Origin: Butyricimonas sp.
Lineage (GTDB): Bacteria; Bacteroidota; Bacteroidia; Bacteroidales; Marinifilaceae
NCBI GenBank assembly: GCA_019423345.1
Contig: JAHZBN010000007.1
Span: forward strand, 46,911 to 110,910
DNA: 64,000 bases
Reading direction: 5' to 3'
Shown: positions 19,399-29,149 of the stretch, one piece after another
How the letters are laid out: each line of letters begins with the position of its first letter
Numbering within the stretch: position 1 is the first letter of the stretch
Program-made: the position numbers and the translations under genes
Notes under the pieces: model-generated
Told to the model about the DNA's origin: nothing
What the model saw: only the letters and a program-made list of their open reading frames with translations
Database searches by the model: none

Positions 19399-19956
19399 AT
19401 GGGAGACAGGGTGGTTCACTTGGTGAGCGCAAAGAATACCCGGCGTTTGGAGGGGCCGGACATGATCGTGTTACATTACACGGCGGGAACGAGTGCTGAA
19501 AGTTCTGCACTTTTCCTGACTCGTCCTGACGTGTCGGCTTCGGCTCATCTGGTGATTGGGCGGGATGGGGAGGTGTTTCAACTGGTGCCTTTCAACATTG
19601 AGGCATGGCACGCTGGGAAAAGTTGGTATGCCGGACGTGGCGGGTTGAATCATTATTCGATCGGAATAGAGCTGGATAACTTGGGGAAACTCCGCTTCTC
19701 GGGTGATTTGTTTATCGCGGAGTGTGGGCGTGTGGTGCCGCTTGATGAGGTTTACACGGATTGTTCCGGTGATAGCCCGACATACTGGCATCGCTACACG
19801 GCAAGACAGATCCGGGTGTTACGGGAAATCTGTACTCTACTGGAAGAGAACTACCCGATTCGTGACGTGGTGGGACACTCGCTAATCACGCCGAGAAAGA
19901 TCGATCCGGGCCCGGCGTTGGAATTCGCATTTAGCGAATTTCAAGATAAAAATTAA
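19399..19956 (+). CDS. N-acetylmuramoyl-L-alanine amidase (Amidase_2 / AmpD-PGRP type)
   Basis: MIVLHYTAGTS…ASAHLVIGRDGEVFQLVP…AWHAGKS…SIGIELDNLG…VVGHSLITPRKIDPGP. The ATG at 19399 avoids the repeat-encoded extension (alternative start 19348). Confidence 0.85.
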   Translation: MGDRVVHLVSAKNTRRLEGPDMIVLHYTAGTSAESSALFLTRPDVSASAHLVIGRDGEVFQLVPFNIEAWHAGKSWYAGRGGLNHYSIGIELDNLGKLRFSGDLFIAECGRVVPLDEVYTDCSGDSPTYWHRYTARQIRVLREICTLLEENYPIRDVVGHSLITPRKIDPGPALEFAFSEFQDKN

Positions 19957-20015
19957 AAGTTAGAAACTAAAAATATACCTTCTTGGGGCAGGGCCCGCCC
20001 CGGGAGTGTAGAGTT

Positions 20016-20044
20016 CATTTTCAATTCTTAATTTCAATTTTAAA
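20016..20044 (+). repeat. ttttcaa-type repeat tract
   Basis: cattttcaattcttaatttcaattttaaa, directly 5' of the ATG at 20048. Confidence 0.6.
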
Positions 20045-20047
20045 ATT

Positions 20048-20677
20048 ATGGCAGAATTTAATTCGTATTTATTAGGAAAAGCAAGGAAATCAGTAGGTAA
20101 CATCACATTGTGTTACACGAGAGGGAAAAACATTGCCAAGGCGAAGGTATTTTCTCGAAAGGATAACCCGACGCCGGAGGTACTGGCACAGCGGGCAAGG
20201 ATGAAAGCGTTAGTGCAATTATCCCGACAGTTGTTGCCGGTGATCCGGAAAGGTTTTGTCGGAATCGGCAAAGGCTCGGCGGCAAACGCTTTCACCTCGG
20301 TGAATATGTCTCGGGTTTCGGTGGACGAGCGGAATGTGGCAACCGTGGATTTTGACCGCTTACTTTGTGCTTCTGGAATGTTGTATCCACCGAAGGTGGA
20401 AGTGACTTACTCGGAAGAGAACAAGATGTATTCTTTCGTGCAAGAAATGCAGGACGAGGAGAACGGCTACGCTTTCAATGATGACGTGGTGTACGCCATG
20501 TTATACGAAACGGTACTTGGTCGTGCCCGTTTGGTAACGTTACGAGCTCGTGGCGAGAACGGTAACACTACTTATGCTCTCCCAGAGGAGTGGAGTAACG
20601 AGAATGTGAAACTATATTGTTTTGCCACGTTGAAGAACGGGAAGGGAGCTTCGGATAGCCAAGTGATGACGTTGTAA
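20048..20677 (+). CDS. unknown-function protein, paralogue B of the 18077 product
   Basis: 209 aa. Same block structure as the 18077 product (see there). Confidence 0.5.
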   Translation: MAEFNSYLLGKARKSVGNITLCYTRGKNIAKAKVFSRKDNPTPEVLAQRARMKALVQLSRQLLPVIRKGFVGIGKGSAANAFTSVNMSRVSVDERNVATVDFDRLLCASGMLYPPKVEVTYSEENKMYSFVQEMQDEENGYAFNDDVVYAMLYETVLGRARLVTLRARGENGNTTYALPEEWSNENVKLYCFATLKNGKGASDSQVMTL

Positions 20678-21051
20678 GCTGTGATTTGCGATTTTGAATT
20701 CGAGGATTCAAGAGTTTCAATGATCGAGTGATTTTAACGAGGATGAAGTTTCATGTTTCCGGTATGGAATTCCTGCCGGAGGCATGAGACTCATCGTTAT
20801 CGCAGATGGCGGATAACTTGTTGACGGGAGTTTTTTTAGTATTATTGGTGGAGTGATCAGTTCCCTTGCCGTGACTTGGGTGAAGCGATGGTAGGAGAGA
20901 AGGAGATAAGATGCTTGGGGGTAAAATTCGTTTTAAAACCTAAACGAGTTAAAATTTAACATTGTTAAATGTAATTTTTCCCCATTTTTTGAAGTAAAAA
21001 TGGATAGGTAAACATGATATATATAAAAGTGGATAAAAATTACGAAAAGAT

Positions 21052-22200
21052 ATGATAAGGAAGAACAAAATAAACATAGAAAGCGAAGATTGGGAAATGG
21101 CTGAAAGGGCGATAAAGCAGTCGGGGACGGTGAAAGAGAAGCTTACTAGCCAAGAGATTGGGAAAGAAACATTTTCGGGTAAAGTTGAAGAGTGGGTTGA
21201 GGCAGTTCATGGGGTTTCGAAAATAGATAAGAAAAAAGCAGTTGAAAAGATGTTGGCCGAGTTAAAGAAGCGAGATCGGAAAAAGAGGGCGGTTCGTGTG
21301 TGGTGGACAGCGGGAGGATCGGTGGCTGCGGCAATACTTGTGTTCTTTACCTTGACACAGTGGTTACAATGGGGAAAAGAGACATCGGACGAGGAGAAGA
21401 TTACGACTGTCGCTTTGACCGAGATAAAGGTACCGACTTTGATCACGATGGAGAGAGAACATGGTGTATTATCTCAAGAAATATTAGATCTGAAGAAAGC
21501 AAAAGAGGGATACCGTGTAAAGGGATCGGGAAAAAAGGAAGAAACGGATGTTGATACGAGTGAGCCGATTCGTTATAATCGAGTTGTAATTCCCGCGGGT
21601 TTCACTTATAAAGTAAGACTTGCCGATGGGTCTGTCGTGACGTTAAATGCTGGTAGTGAACTGAAGTTCCCGGAGGAGTTTCGAGATTCATTACGTGAGG
21701 TGGAGTTTACGGGAGAGGCATATTTTGAGGTGGAGAAATCAGATAAGCCTTTTATCGTGAAGGCCGGAGATTCACGAGTACAGGTTTATGGGACACGTTT
21801 CAATTTATTTTATAGTGAGAAACTTGCTTTGGCCGAGGCTGTTTTGGTTGAAGGAAGTATAGGTATGACGGCGAATGGTAAAGAAACTAAGATTATTCCC
21901 CATCAACGGGTATGGTATTCCATGAAGGATTCATTGATGCGTACTGAAAATGTCGATCCGGCAGATTACTTGACTTGGTTGGGTAATAGTTTTAAATATA
22001 ATAGGACCAGATTGGATAAAATTGTTTTTGATATAGCTCAATGGTACGGGGTAGAAATCAAGATTGCTCCGGGCTTGGAGAAACAGGCATATAGCTTGGA
22101 GTTTGATCGATCAGCCACTATTGATTGGGTGGTGCGTGCTTTAGGACTGATTATTGACAAACCGATTAAAACAGAGGGAGGTGCATATTATATAGAGTAA
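21052..22200 (+). CDS. FecR-family anti-sigma factor
   Basis: 382 aa. TM segment WWTAGGSVAAAILVFFTL. Motifs RLADGSVVTLNAGSELKFPE, EVEFTGEAYFEV, VYGTRFNL. Paralogue of 722..1753. Confidence 0.85.
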   Translation: MIRKNKINIESEDWEMAERAIKQSGTVKEKLTSQEIGKETFSGKVEEWVEAVHGVSKIDKKKAVEKMLAELKKRDRKKRAVRVWWTAGGSVAAAILVFFTLTQWLQWGKETSDEEKITTVALTEIKVPTLITMEREHGVLSQEILDLKKAKEGYRVKGSGKKEETDVDTSEPIRYNRVVIPAGFTYKVRLADGSVVTLNAGSELKFPEEFRDSLREVEFTGEAYFEVEKSDKPFIVKAGDSRVQVYGTRFNLFYSEKLALAEAVLVEGSIGMTANGKETKIIPHQRVWYSMKDSLMRTENVDPADYLTWLGNSFKYNRTRLDKIVFDIAQWYGVEIKIAPGLEKQAYSLEFDRSATIDWVVRALGLIIDKPIKTEGGAYYIE

Positions 22201-22350
22201 ATTCACATTTACCTAAAAAAGAGAACCTTCTCAGAGAAGATTCCCTTTTGAAACATAACTCAAAGGTTCGATTTCTCAGGTCTGACACCTTTGGTGGATG
22301 TTCATCATTACAACGTAAGTAAAACGTTACATTTAATTTCTCACAAATTT

Positions 22351-25300
22351 ATGAAAAAGAAAGTGGAAATCATTAAAACAAGGGCAAATAAAATTGCCGT
22401 CGGTATATTTTTGTTGTTTATTTCGACGTTGTATTGCCCCAAACAACTTTTTGCTTCTGAATTTATAGAAGTACAACAACAGCAAGATCAAAAGAAGGTT
22501 ACTTTAAATATGAAAGACAGGACGCTAGTAAATATCCTGTCGGAAATTAAAAGACAAACGGGTTTGGCTTATGGTTTTCGCGATAATCGGGATGCGACTT
22601 CGAATGAACGTTTCTCGATTCAAGTGAAAGAAGTAAGTGTCGATTCCGCTTTGAGCGTGTTGTTGAAAGAATCAAAATATTCTTATCAGATCGTGGGTGA
22701 TTTAATCTTGATCAGTACTAAAAAAGATACAACAACCGAAGACCAGAAGAATTTGATCATGGTAAAGGGAACGATTGTTGACGAGAATGGGAATCCGATT
22801 CCCGGGGCAACAATTCTTGTTCACGGGACGTCCCGGGGTATAGCTTCGGATATGGAAGGACGGTATTCCATCGAGGCAAAACCAGATGACGTGTTGAAAA
22901 TTACCTTTGTCGGTTATAAAGATGAAGTGATTCCGATCAAAGGGAAAACTAAAATCGATGTTCGTTTGAACCCGACGGTTGAAAATATTGAGGAGGTTGC
23001 CGTGGTGGCTTTCGGTACGCAGAAAAAGGAAAGTGTGGTTTCAGCTATTACGACGGTAGACGCTTCCATGTTAAAGTCTTCCAATAGTGATTTGACTTCC
23101 CAGTTTGCGGGGAAAATTGCCGGTATGATCGGGTGGCAGCAGGGAGGTATTCCCGGAGCCTTGACAGAAGAAGAGATGAATACTAAATTTTACATTCGTG
23201 GTATCACGTCTTTCCAATCCGGGGCAAATATTGATCCTTTGATCTTGTTGGATGGGGTGGAGGCTTCTAAGTTGGATTTGGCTCGTATTGATCCGGAGGA
23301 TATCGAAACATTCAGTGTGATGAAAGATGCTTCTGCCACGGCGATGTATGGAGCCAGAGGAGCGAATGGAGTGATTATCGTGACGACCAAGAAGGGACAG
23401 GAGGGTTCGGTTTATACTTCTGTTCGTTATGAGGCGATAGCGACTATGCCGACGGATGAGATTGATGTTGTGGATCCCGTCACGTGGATGGAGATGTATA
23501 ATCAAGCTCTTTTAAGCCGGGATCCTAATGCTACTCCTAAATACTCGGCCGAACGAATTGCCAGAACAGGAAGTAAGAAATATCCTGATTTCGTTTATCC
23601 GGCAAATGATTGGTATAATGTCTTGTTCAAGAATTTCTCGATAAACCATCATATGGGAATCAATATCCGGGGTGGGTCGAAAGTGATTCAATATTATGCT
23701 TCCGTTAATCATAACCGGGATCAAGGTATGTTGAAGACAGACCGATTGAATCAATTTAAGGTGAATATTAATAATAATAATACTTCTTTTCGTTTGAATT
23801 TGAATATCGATTTGAGTAAAGGTATTAAATTGGTTGTAAATTCTTTTACCACTCTCGATTCTTATCATGGTCCCCTGGAGGATGTAAGAACTGCTTATTC
23901 TTTGGCTTTTTACGCTAATCCGGTGGATTTTGCCCCGACTTACCCGGCAGATGACACCTATAATTGGCCGCATTTACGTTTTGGAAAGTCTCGTGATAGT
24001 GATAATCCTTATGCCTTGATTCAACGGGGATACGTGGATCGGAGTCGTTTCTCGACAATAAATCGGTTGGAATACATCCAGAATCTTTCTTTTCTGTTGA
24101 AAGGGCTTGAATTCCGGGGGGATGTTTCTTTTAGTCAAGCGGGTTATTATTCCAATCCGTACATGACAACACCTTTCTATTACAGCTTGTTGGATTATGA
24201 TCATGTTACCGGTAAACACACGTTAGAAGCATTAAATCCAGATGAAGGGAAAAGAACTTTATTGAAGGGAAGTGGAACGACAACTGGATCGAATCAGTTG
24301 GCATATAATATTAAGATTTTGCACACGGCTGCTTGGAAAGATCACACGACTTCTTATCTGGCCGTGTTGTCCGGACAGGAGTCTTTACAGTCAACTCCCA
24401 ATAGCGTGTTAGACGGTATTCGTCGGCGTAACCTGGGATTGTCGATGCGTCTTTCATACGGTTATAAAGAGCGTTATTATCTTGAAGGCAGTTTCGGTTA
24501 TAATGGTTCTGAACGTTTTGCAAAGGATCATCGGATGGGATTTTTCCCGTCGGTAGGAGGTGCTTGGGTGGTTTCCAAAGAACCGTTTTTATTAGGTTCC
24601 TCGAAGTGGTTATCATTCTTGAAATTAAGATTATCCTACGGGAAGGTCGGGAATGATGGTATCATTGATACTCCGCGTTTTGTTCATCTTCCGAGTATTG
24701 GGCAGGATCAACCGTCTGGCTCGTTCCGTCCGGGATTGGGACAGATTTCAAGGTATAGAATCACGGGTTACCAGAATAATGATGTAACTTGGGAGATTGC
24801 AGAACAGGCGAATTTGGGGCTTGAGACCAAGTTTTTTAATGGATTGTTTGAGGCTACGGTAGATATATATCAGCAGGTTCGTCATAACGTGCTGGCCAAT
24901 CGTACTGTTATTCCGGAGGCTATGGGATTGGGTTTGCAACCATTGGATAATATTGGTAAGGTAAGGTCTCGCGGGCTTGATTTTGCCGGTAAGATTCAAC
25001 ACGCGTTTAACTCGGATCTTTGGGTGATTTTGAATGGGACATTTACTTACAGTAAAGCAACTTATCTGAAAATCGAGGAAGCTGCCGATAAACCGGAATG
25101 GCAATGGAAAAAAGGACACGATATTTCACAACAGGTCGGTTATATCGCGGAAGGTTTGTTCCGAGACCAGATGGAAATTGATAATTCTCCCGTGCAGGGA
25201 GGGGATTTAATGCCGGGAGATATTCGTTATCGAGACATAAATGATGATGGCGTGATAGATGTGAAGGATGCCGTGCATATCGGTTTCCCGACGACTCCAC

Positions 25301-25806
25301 GTATCATTTATGGATTTAATGGTTTTATTAATTATAAAGGATTAGAGTTCAGTTTTGCATTCCAGGGATCCGGACAACGGGGATTCTTTATTAATCCGGC
25401 AGCAATTTCTCCTTTTTATGGGAATCATGCTTTGCTTACGGCGATTTATAAGGATCACTGGTCTGTGGATAATCAGGCGGAAAGACCGTTATGGCCCCGA
25501 TTGTCAACAAAAAGTATCACGGCTCACAATCCACAGGAAGATTATACAACAGATAAAGAAACTCGAATGAGTACCTATTTTTTGAAAGAGTGTCGTTTCT
25601 TGCGTTGTACTTCGTTGGAATTAGGATATAATCTTCCCAAAAAGTGGTCACGTAAACTGGCATTGAAAAACTTAAAGGTGTACGTGCGTGCCAATAACCC
25701 GTTCCTGATTTCGAATTTTGATCTTTGGGATGTGGAGTTAGGGGGAAATGGATTTAATTATCCGATACAAAAAACCTATTCGGTTGGTTTAAATGTAAAC
25801 TTTTAA
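22351..25806 (+). CDS. SusC/RagA-family TonB-dependent transducer with STN domain
   Basis: ATG at 22351 (MKKKVEIIKTRANK…); the track's TTG at 22291 is an unlikely extension. STN VTLNMKDRTLVNILSEIKRQTGLAYGF. Long runs identical to the 1896 product (e.g. FSVMKDASATAMYGARGANGV, NTKFYIRGITSFQ). Confidence 0.9.
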   Translation: MKKKVEIIKTRANKIAVGIFLLFISTLYCPKQLFASEFIEVQQQQDQKKVTLNMKDRTLVNILSEIKRQTGLAYGFRDNRDATSNERFSIQVKEVSVDSALSVLLKESKYSYQIVGDLILISTKKDTTTEDQKNLIMVKGTIVDENGNPIPGATILVHGTSRGIASDMEGRYSIEAKPDDVLKITFVGYKDEVIPIKGKTKIDVRLNPTVENIEEVAVVAFGTQKKESVVSAITTVDASMLKSSNSDLTSQFAGKIAGMIGWQQGGIPGALTEEEMNTKFYIRGITSFQSGANIDPLILLDGVEASKLDLARIDPEDIETFSVMKDASATAMYGARGANGVIIVTTKKGQEGSVYTSVRYEAIATMPTDEIDVVDPVTWMEMYNQALLSRDPNATPKYSAERIARTGSKKYPDFVYPANDWYNVLFKNFSINHHMGINIRGGSKVIQYYASVNHNRDQGMLKTDRLNQFKVNINNNNTSFRLNLNIDLSKGIKLVVNSFTTLDSYHGPLEDVRTAYSLAFYANPVDFAPTYPADDTYNWPHLRFGKSRDSDNPYALIQRGYVDRSRFSTINRLEYIQNLSFLLKGLEFRGDVSFSQAGYYSNPYMTTPFYYSLLDYDHVTGKHTLEALNPDEGKRTLLKGSGTTTGSNQLAYNIKILHTAAWKDHTTSYLAVLSGQESLQSTPNSVLDGIRRRNLGLSMRLSYGYKERYYLEGSFGYNGSERFAKDHRMGFFPSVGGAWVVSKEPFLLGSSKWLSFLKLRLSYGKVGNDGIIDTPRFVHLPSIGQDQPSGSFRPGLGQISRYRITGYQNNDVTWEIAEQANLGLETKFFNGLFEATVDIYQQVRHNVLANRTVIPEAMGLGLQPLDNIGKVRSRGLDFAGKIQHAFNSDLWVILNGTFTYSKATYLKIEEAADKPEWQWKKGHDISQQVGYIAEGLFRDQMEIDNSPVQGGDLMPGDIRYRDINDDGVIDVKDAVHIGFPTTPRIIYGFNGFINYKGLEFSFAFQGSGQRGFFINPAAISPFYGNHALLTAIYKDHWSVDNQAERPLWPRLSTKSITAHNPQEDYTTDKETRMSTYFLKECRFLRCTSLELGYNLPKKWSRKLALKNLKVYVRANNPFLISNFDLWDVELGGNGFNYPIQKTYSVGLNVNF

Positions 25807-25812
25807 TGTATC

Positions 25813-27750
25813 ATGATTATGAGAAAATATTTTATATCTGTTATTATAATTGTTGCATTGTCTTTTATGGCTTGTGGCGATTATCTGGATCAGGTGCCGG
25901 AAAAGGATGTGGAGACATTTGAATCCATTTTCGAACGTAGAGCGAGTGCTGATATTTGGTTAACGCAAGCTACGGAGTTTATGGCTGGTGTTTCTTTTTC
26001 GGGGTTTGGTAGTAATGCGGGAGTTGTGGGGGCGGATGAGTTTGTTACCGGAAATTATATTCGCGATAACAATACGGCTAAATTATTTAATATTGCGGAC
26101 GGTCTGCAAATGAGTCAGGATCCGTTAGGTAATATCTGGACAACAACTTATTATTCGATTCGGATGTTGAACACGTTTATTTCTAATATTGATAACGTGT
26201 ACGATTTGACGGCAGCAGAGAAGAGAAATTGGAAAGCCGAGGCAATTGCAGTGAAAGCTTTTTATTATTTTGAATTGGTGAGACGTTACGGACCCATTGT
26301 ATTAGTGCCGAAAAATATTGATGTGAATGCAGATTTGGCAGAAATGCAGATTCCTCGTTCACATGTGGATACTTGTTTTAACGAGATTGTTCGTTTGTTG
26401 GATGAAGCGATTCCGGATTTGTTATATGGTAAAGAAAGGTTGATTTCTCATAAACTCTTCTTGAGTAAGGAAGGAGCGATGGCATTGAAAGCTCGCGTGT
26501 TACTTTATCAAGCATCCCCTCTTTTCAACGGGAATGAGTATTACGTGAATTTTAAGGGGAAAAAGGGAGAATCTTTGTTTAGTGCTGAATATGATCCTGA
26601 AAAATGGAAACGGGCAGCCGAAGCTGCAGATGCCGCTGTGGAGATGTGTGAAAGCCAGGGATATAAATTAAAGACAGGTGAAGGAAATAAGGCAACCAAG
26701 TTGTTAAATCAGATGCGAGATATTGAAATGTCAATTTGGGAACCGAATTACGAGGGAGAGGAGGCTATTTTCTTGACCGGAAATGCAAATATAATGAATT
26801 CTTATGTCATGTTTACATTACCTCTTTTCCCCGAAGGTCATTCTGATCGATATGCGCTGTTGACCGGGTGTGTGGCTCCGAGTATGAAGATGGTTGAAAT
26901 GTTTTATACCAAAAATGGTCTTCCTTTGAACGTGGATAAGGAATGGGATTATGCAAATCGTTACAAATTGGGACGGGAAGTGAACAATGATTACCAGAAT
27001 GTTGTGGCTTTGAACGAGGATGTTTTGAATCTTCATCTTAAACGGGAACCCCGTTTCTATGCCAATGTGGCAGCTGATCGCTGTTATTGGCAACGCGGTC
27101 CCGCCGCGAACAAAAATATGCTTGTGCAGGCTTATCGGGGAGAGGCATTTGGAATCCACGAATCTTTTCTGCTGTATTCTCAACCACAAAATTTGTGTGG
27201 CTATTACGTGAAGAAATTCTCTCGTTCGGAGGTACAGACTTATCAATATACGAGTAATACCGGTAGTTTGGGAGATTGTCGGTGGCCAATGATCCGTTTG
27301 GCAGAACTTTATTTGATTCAGGCTGAGGCGTGGAATGAGTATTTGAGCAAACCGGATGATAAGGTGTATGAACCTTTAAATAAAGTACGCAGGCGTGCCG
27401 GTATTCCCGACGTGGAAGTTGCTTGGAAAGAATTTTCTACTCAACCGCAAAAGATAGAGTCAAAAGAAGGAATGAGAGAGATTATTCAGCAGGAAAATTT
27501 TGTGGAATTTGCTTTTGAAGGTCATCGCTTTTGGGATTTGCGACGTTGGAAATTGGCTCACTTGGAGTTGAATGATAAAATTTTGGGATGGAATGTTTTG
27601 GGAGAGAATGCCCGTACGTTTTATAATAATTTCGAAGGACCGGTGGTTGTATGGGATAAGACGAAGTTCGTGGCTCCGCGAGATTATCTCTTCCCGATAA
27701 AGGCGGAAGAGGCTATGATTGCCGGGTATGTGCAGAATCCCGGATGGTAA
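25813..27750 (+). CDS. SusD/RagB-family lipoprotein
   Basis: 645 aa. Lipobox FMAC. C-terminus EFAFEGHRFWDLRRW…VQNPGW. Paralogue of 5367. Confidence 0.85.
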   Translation: MIMRKYFISVIIIVALSFMACGDYLDQVPEKDVETFESIFERRASADIWLTQATEFMAGVSFSGFGSNAGVVGADEFVTGNYIRDNNTAKLFNIADGLQMSQDPLGNIWTTTYYSIRMLNTFISNIDNVYDLTAAEKRNWKAEAIAVKAFYYFELVRRYGPIVLVPKNIDVNADLAEMQIPRSHVDTCFNEIVRLLDEAIPDLLYGKERLISHKLFLSKEGAMALKARVLLYQASPLFNGNEYYVNFKGKKGESLFSAEYDPEKWKRAAEAADAAVEMCESQGYKLKTGEGNKATKLLNQMRDIEMSIWEPNYEGEEAIFLTGNANIMNSYVMFTLPLFPEGHSDRYALLTGCVAPSMKMVEMFYTKNGLPLNVDKEWDYANRYKLGREVNNDYQNVVALNEDVLNLHLKREPRFYANVAADRCYWQRGPAANKNMLVQAYRGEAFGIHESFLLYSQPQNLCGYYVKKFSRSEVQTYQYTSNTGSLGDCRWPMIRLAELYLIQAEAWNEYLSKPDDKVYEPLNKVRRRAGIPDVEVAWKEFSTQPQKIESKEGMREIIQQENFVEFAFEGHRFWDLRRWKLAHLELNDKILGWNVLGENARTFYNNFEGPVVVWDKTKFVAPRDYLFPIKAEEAMIAGYVQNPGW

Positions 27751-27803
27751 ACGAATTTTAGATTTACGATTTTGATTGTAGATTTTAATCTTTTAAAAAT
27801 AGA

Positions 27804-29135
27804 ATGATGAAAAATACAATTTTGATATTATTGTTGATATTCGGATTGTTTGCCTGTGAGGACAACGATTCCTACTTTGATGCTTCGATCCCCCAGGAAA
27901 ATGTTCGGTTCAAGGCCATTCCGGGAGGGGCTGTTATGCATTACACCTTACCTGAAAATACGGATATTTTTGCCGTTAAGGCAGAGTATGAAGATTACAA
28001 GGGAAAGAAAATGATCAAGATTGCCTCTTATGCTTATGATTCACTCGTGCTTGACGGGTTTAATGAAGCTCGAAATAACGTGCCGGTGCGGGTGTCATTG
28101 TTGAATCAAAGTAACGAGGCATCGAAAGCGATGGAGTTTACTTTCAATACACAGGATTCTGGTCCGGTGGCTTTCTTTAACGATATAGAGGTGTTACCTT
28201 ATTGGGATGGATTTCAGGTAAAATATAAGGTCCCCGGAGCTGCTACCGGACTTTGTAACGTGTTTTTTATCGGAACGAATCCCATGACTCGGGAGCTGGA
28301 TACTCTTTTATTGGAAACTTTCGCTATTGAGGCCGGGGAGAATGTGAAATATTTTTCTTTAGCTCAAAAAAGGGACGTGAATACTGTTGTCGTGAAAACG
28401 GAAGATTTTAGGGGGAATGTGGCCATGCAGAAAGTATACGAGGGAGTTGCTTCATATAACGTGGGGAAATTGGATCCATCGAATTTCGAGTGGCTGGATC
28501 CGTTCTCTTTGTCCGTGGAGAACGATAATCAAGGATTTATGGTCGGTTGGAAGTATCTTTTTGATGGTGATGTAAAAGGTTCTCGGAAATTGGCTTTTCA
28601 AGAATCTTGGGGTACAGCAATGCCTCCGGCGAATATGTATTCTTTTGTAACTGTTCCCTACGCAGTGAATAAGCCGGATGCCCCGAAATATTTTATTTTG
28701 GATATCAAGGAACCCAAGCAAGTTTCTAGTATTAGGATGTATGGAATGTTAAATCTGAATAGCCTGACAAAACCCTCTGTTTTCGTAACGTGTTACGGTA
28801 CGATGTTACCTAATGAGGTGACAATATATGCATCTAATAATAAAGATGATAATACTTCTTGGGTCAAGGTGGGTAATTTTTATCAGTCGTTGACAGCGGC
28901 GGTTCCATGGATACAACGTGCCGGTGATGTTGATGGTTCCACGAAAATAAAGACGACAAGTGAACTTGAAGCCGTGGAACCATGCTACCTTACGGTTAAT
29001 TTTTCTGTTGATAATCCTCCTTACAGGTATTTCAAGGTTGAATTTAACAGTGTTTTTAAAGAGATACCGAATCAATATTATAAAAATACCACGGAACGGG
29101 TGACTTTGCATGAGGTTGAAGTATACGGGAAATAA
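27804..29135 (+). CDS. DUF4959/DUF5000-type surface lipoprotein (tentative), paralogue of 7360
   Basis: 443 aa. Lipobox LFAC. GGAVMHYTLPENTDIFAVKAEY…DGF. C-terminal VTLHEVEVYGK. Confidence 0.55.
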   Translation: MMKNTILILLLIFGLFACEDNDSYFDASIPQENVRFKAIPGGAVMHYTLPENTDIFAVKAEYEDYKGKKMIKIASYAYDSLVLDGFNEARNNVPVRVSLLNQSNEASKAMEFTFNTQDSGPVAFFNDIEVLPYWDGFQVKYKVPGAATGLCNVFFIGTNPMTRELDTLLLETFAIEAGENVKYFSLAQKRDVNTVVVKTEDFRGNVAMQKVYEGVASYNVGKLDPSNFEWLDPFSLSVENDNQGFMVGWKYLFDGDVKGSRKLAFQESWGTAMPPANMYSFVTVPYAVNKPDAPKYFILDIKEPKQVSSIRMYGMLNLNSLTKPSVFVTCYGTMLPNEVTIYASNNKDDNTSWVKVGNFYQSLTAAVPWIQRAGDVDGSTKIKTTSELEAVEPCYLTVNFSVDNPPYRYFKVEFNSVFKEIPNQYYKNTTERVTLHEVEVYGK

Positions 29136-29149
29136 TAAATAGACGAATT

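Noticed and set aside
18077-20677. Prophage interpretation of the holin-amidase region
   Set aside because: No structural, replication, integrase or terminase genes and no att-like direct repeats are seen nearby. It is treated instead as a stand-alone cassette.
20678-21051. Possible degraded ECF sigma gene or structured RNA in the 374-bp gap before the second FecR
   Set aside because: There are some imperfect inverted repeats (e.g. around 20740-20810), but no frame shows sigma-like sequence and no known RNA motif was recognised.
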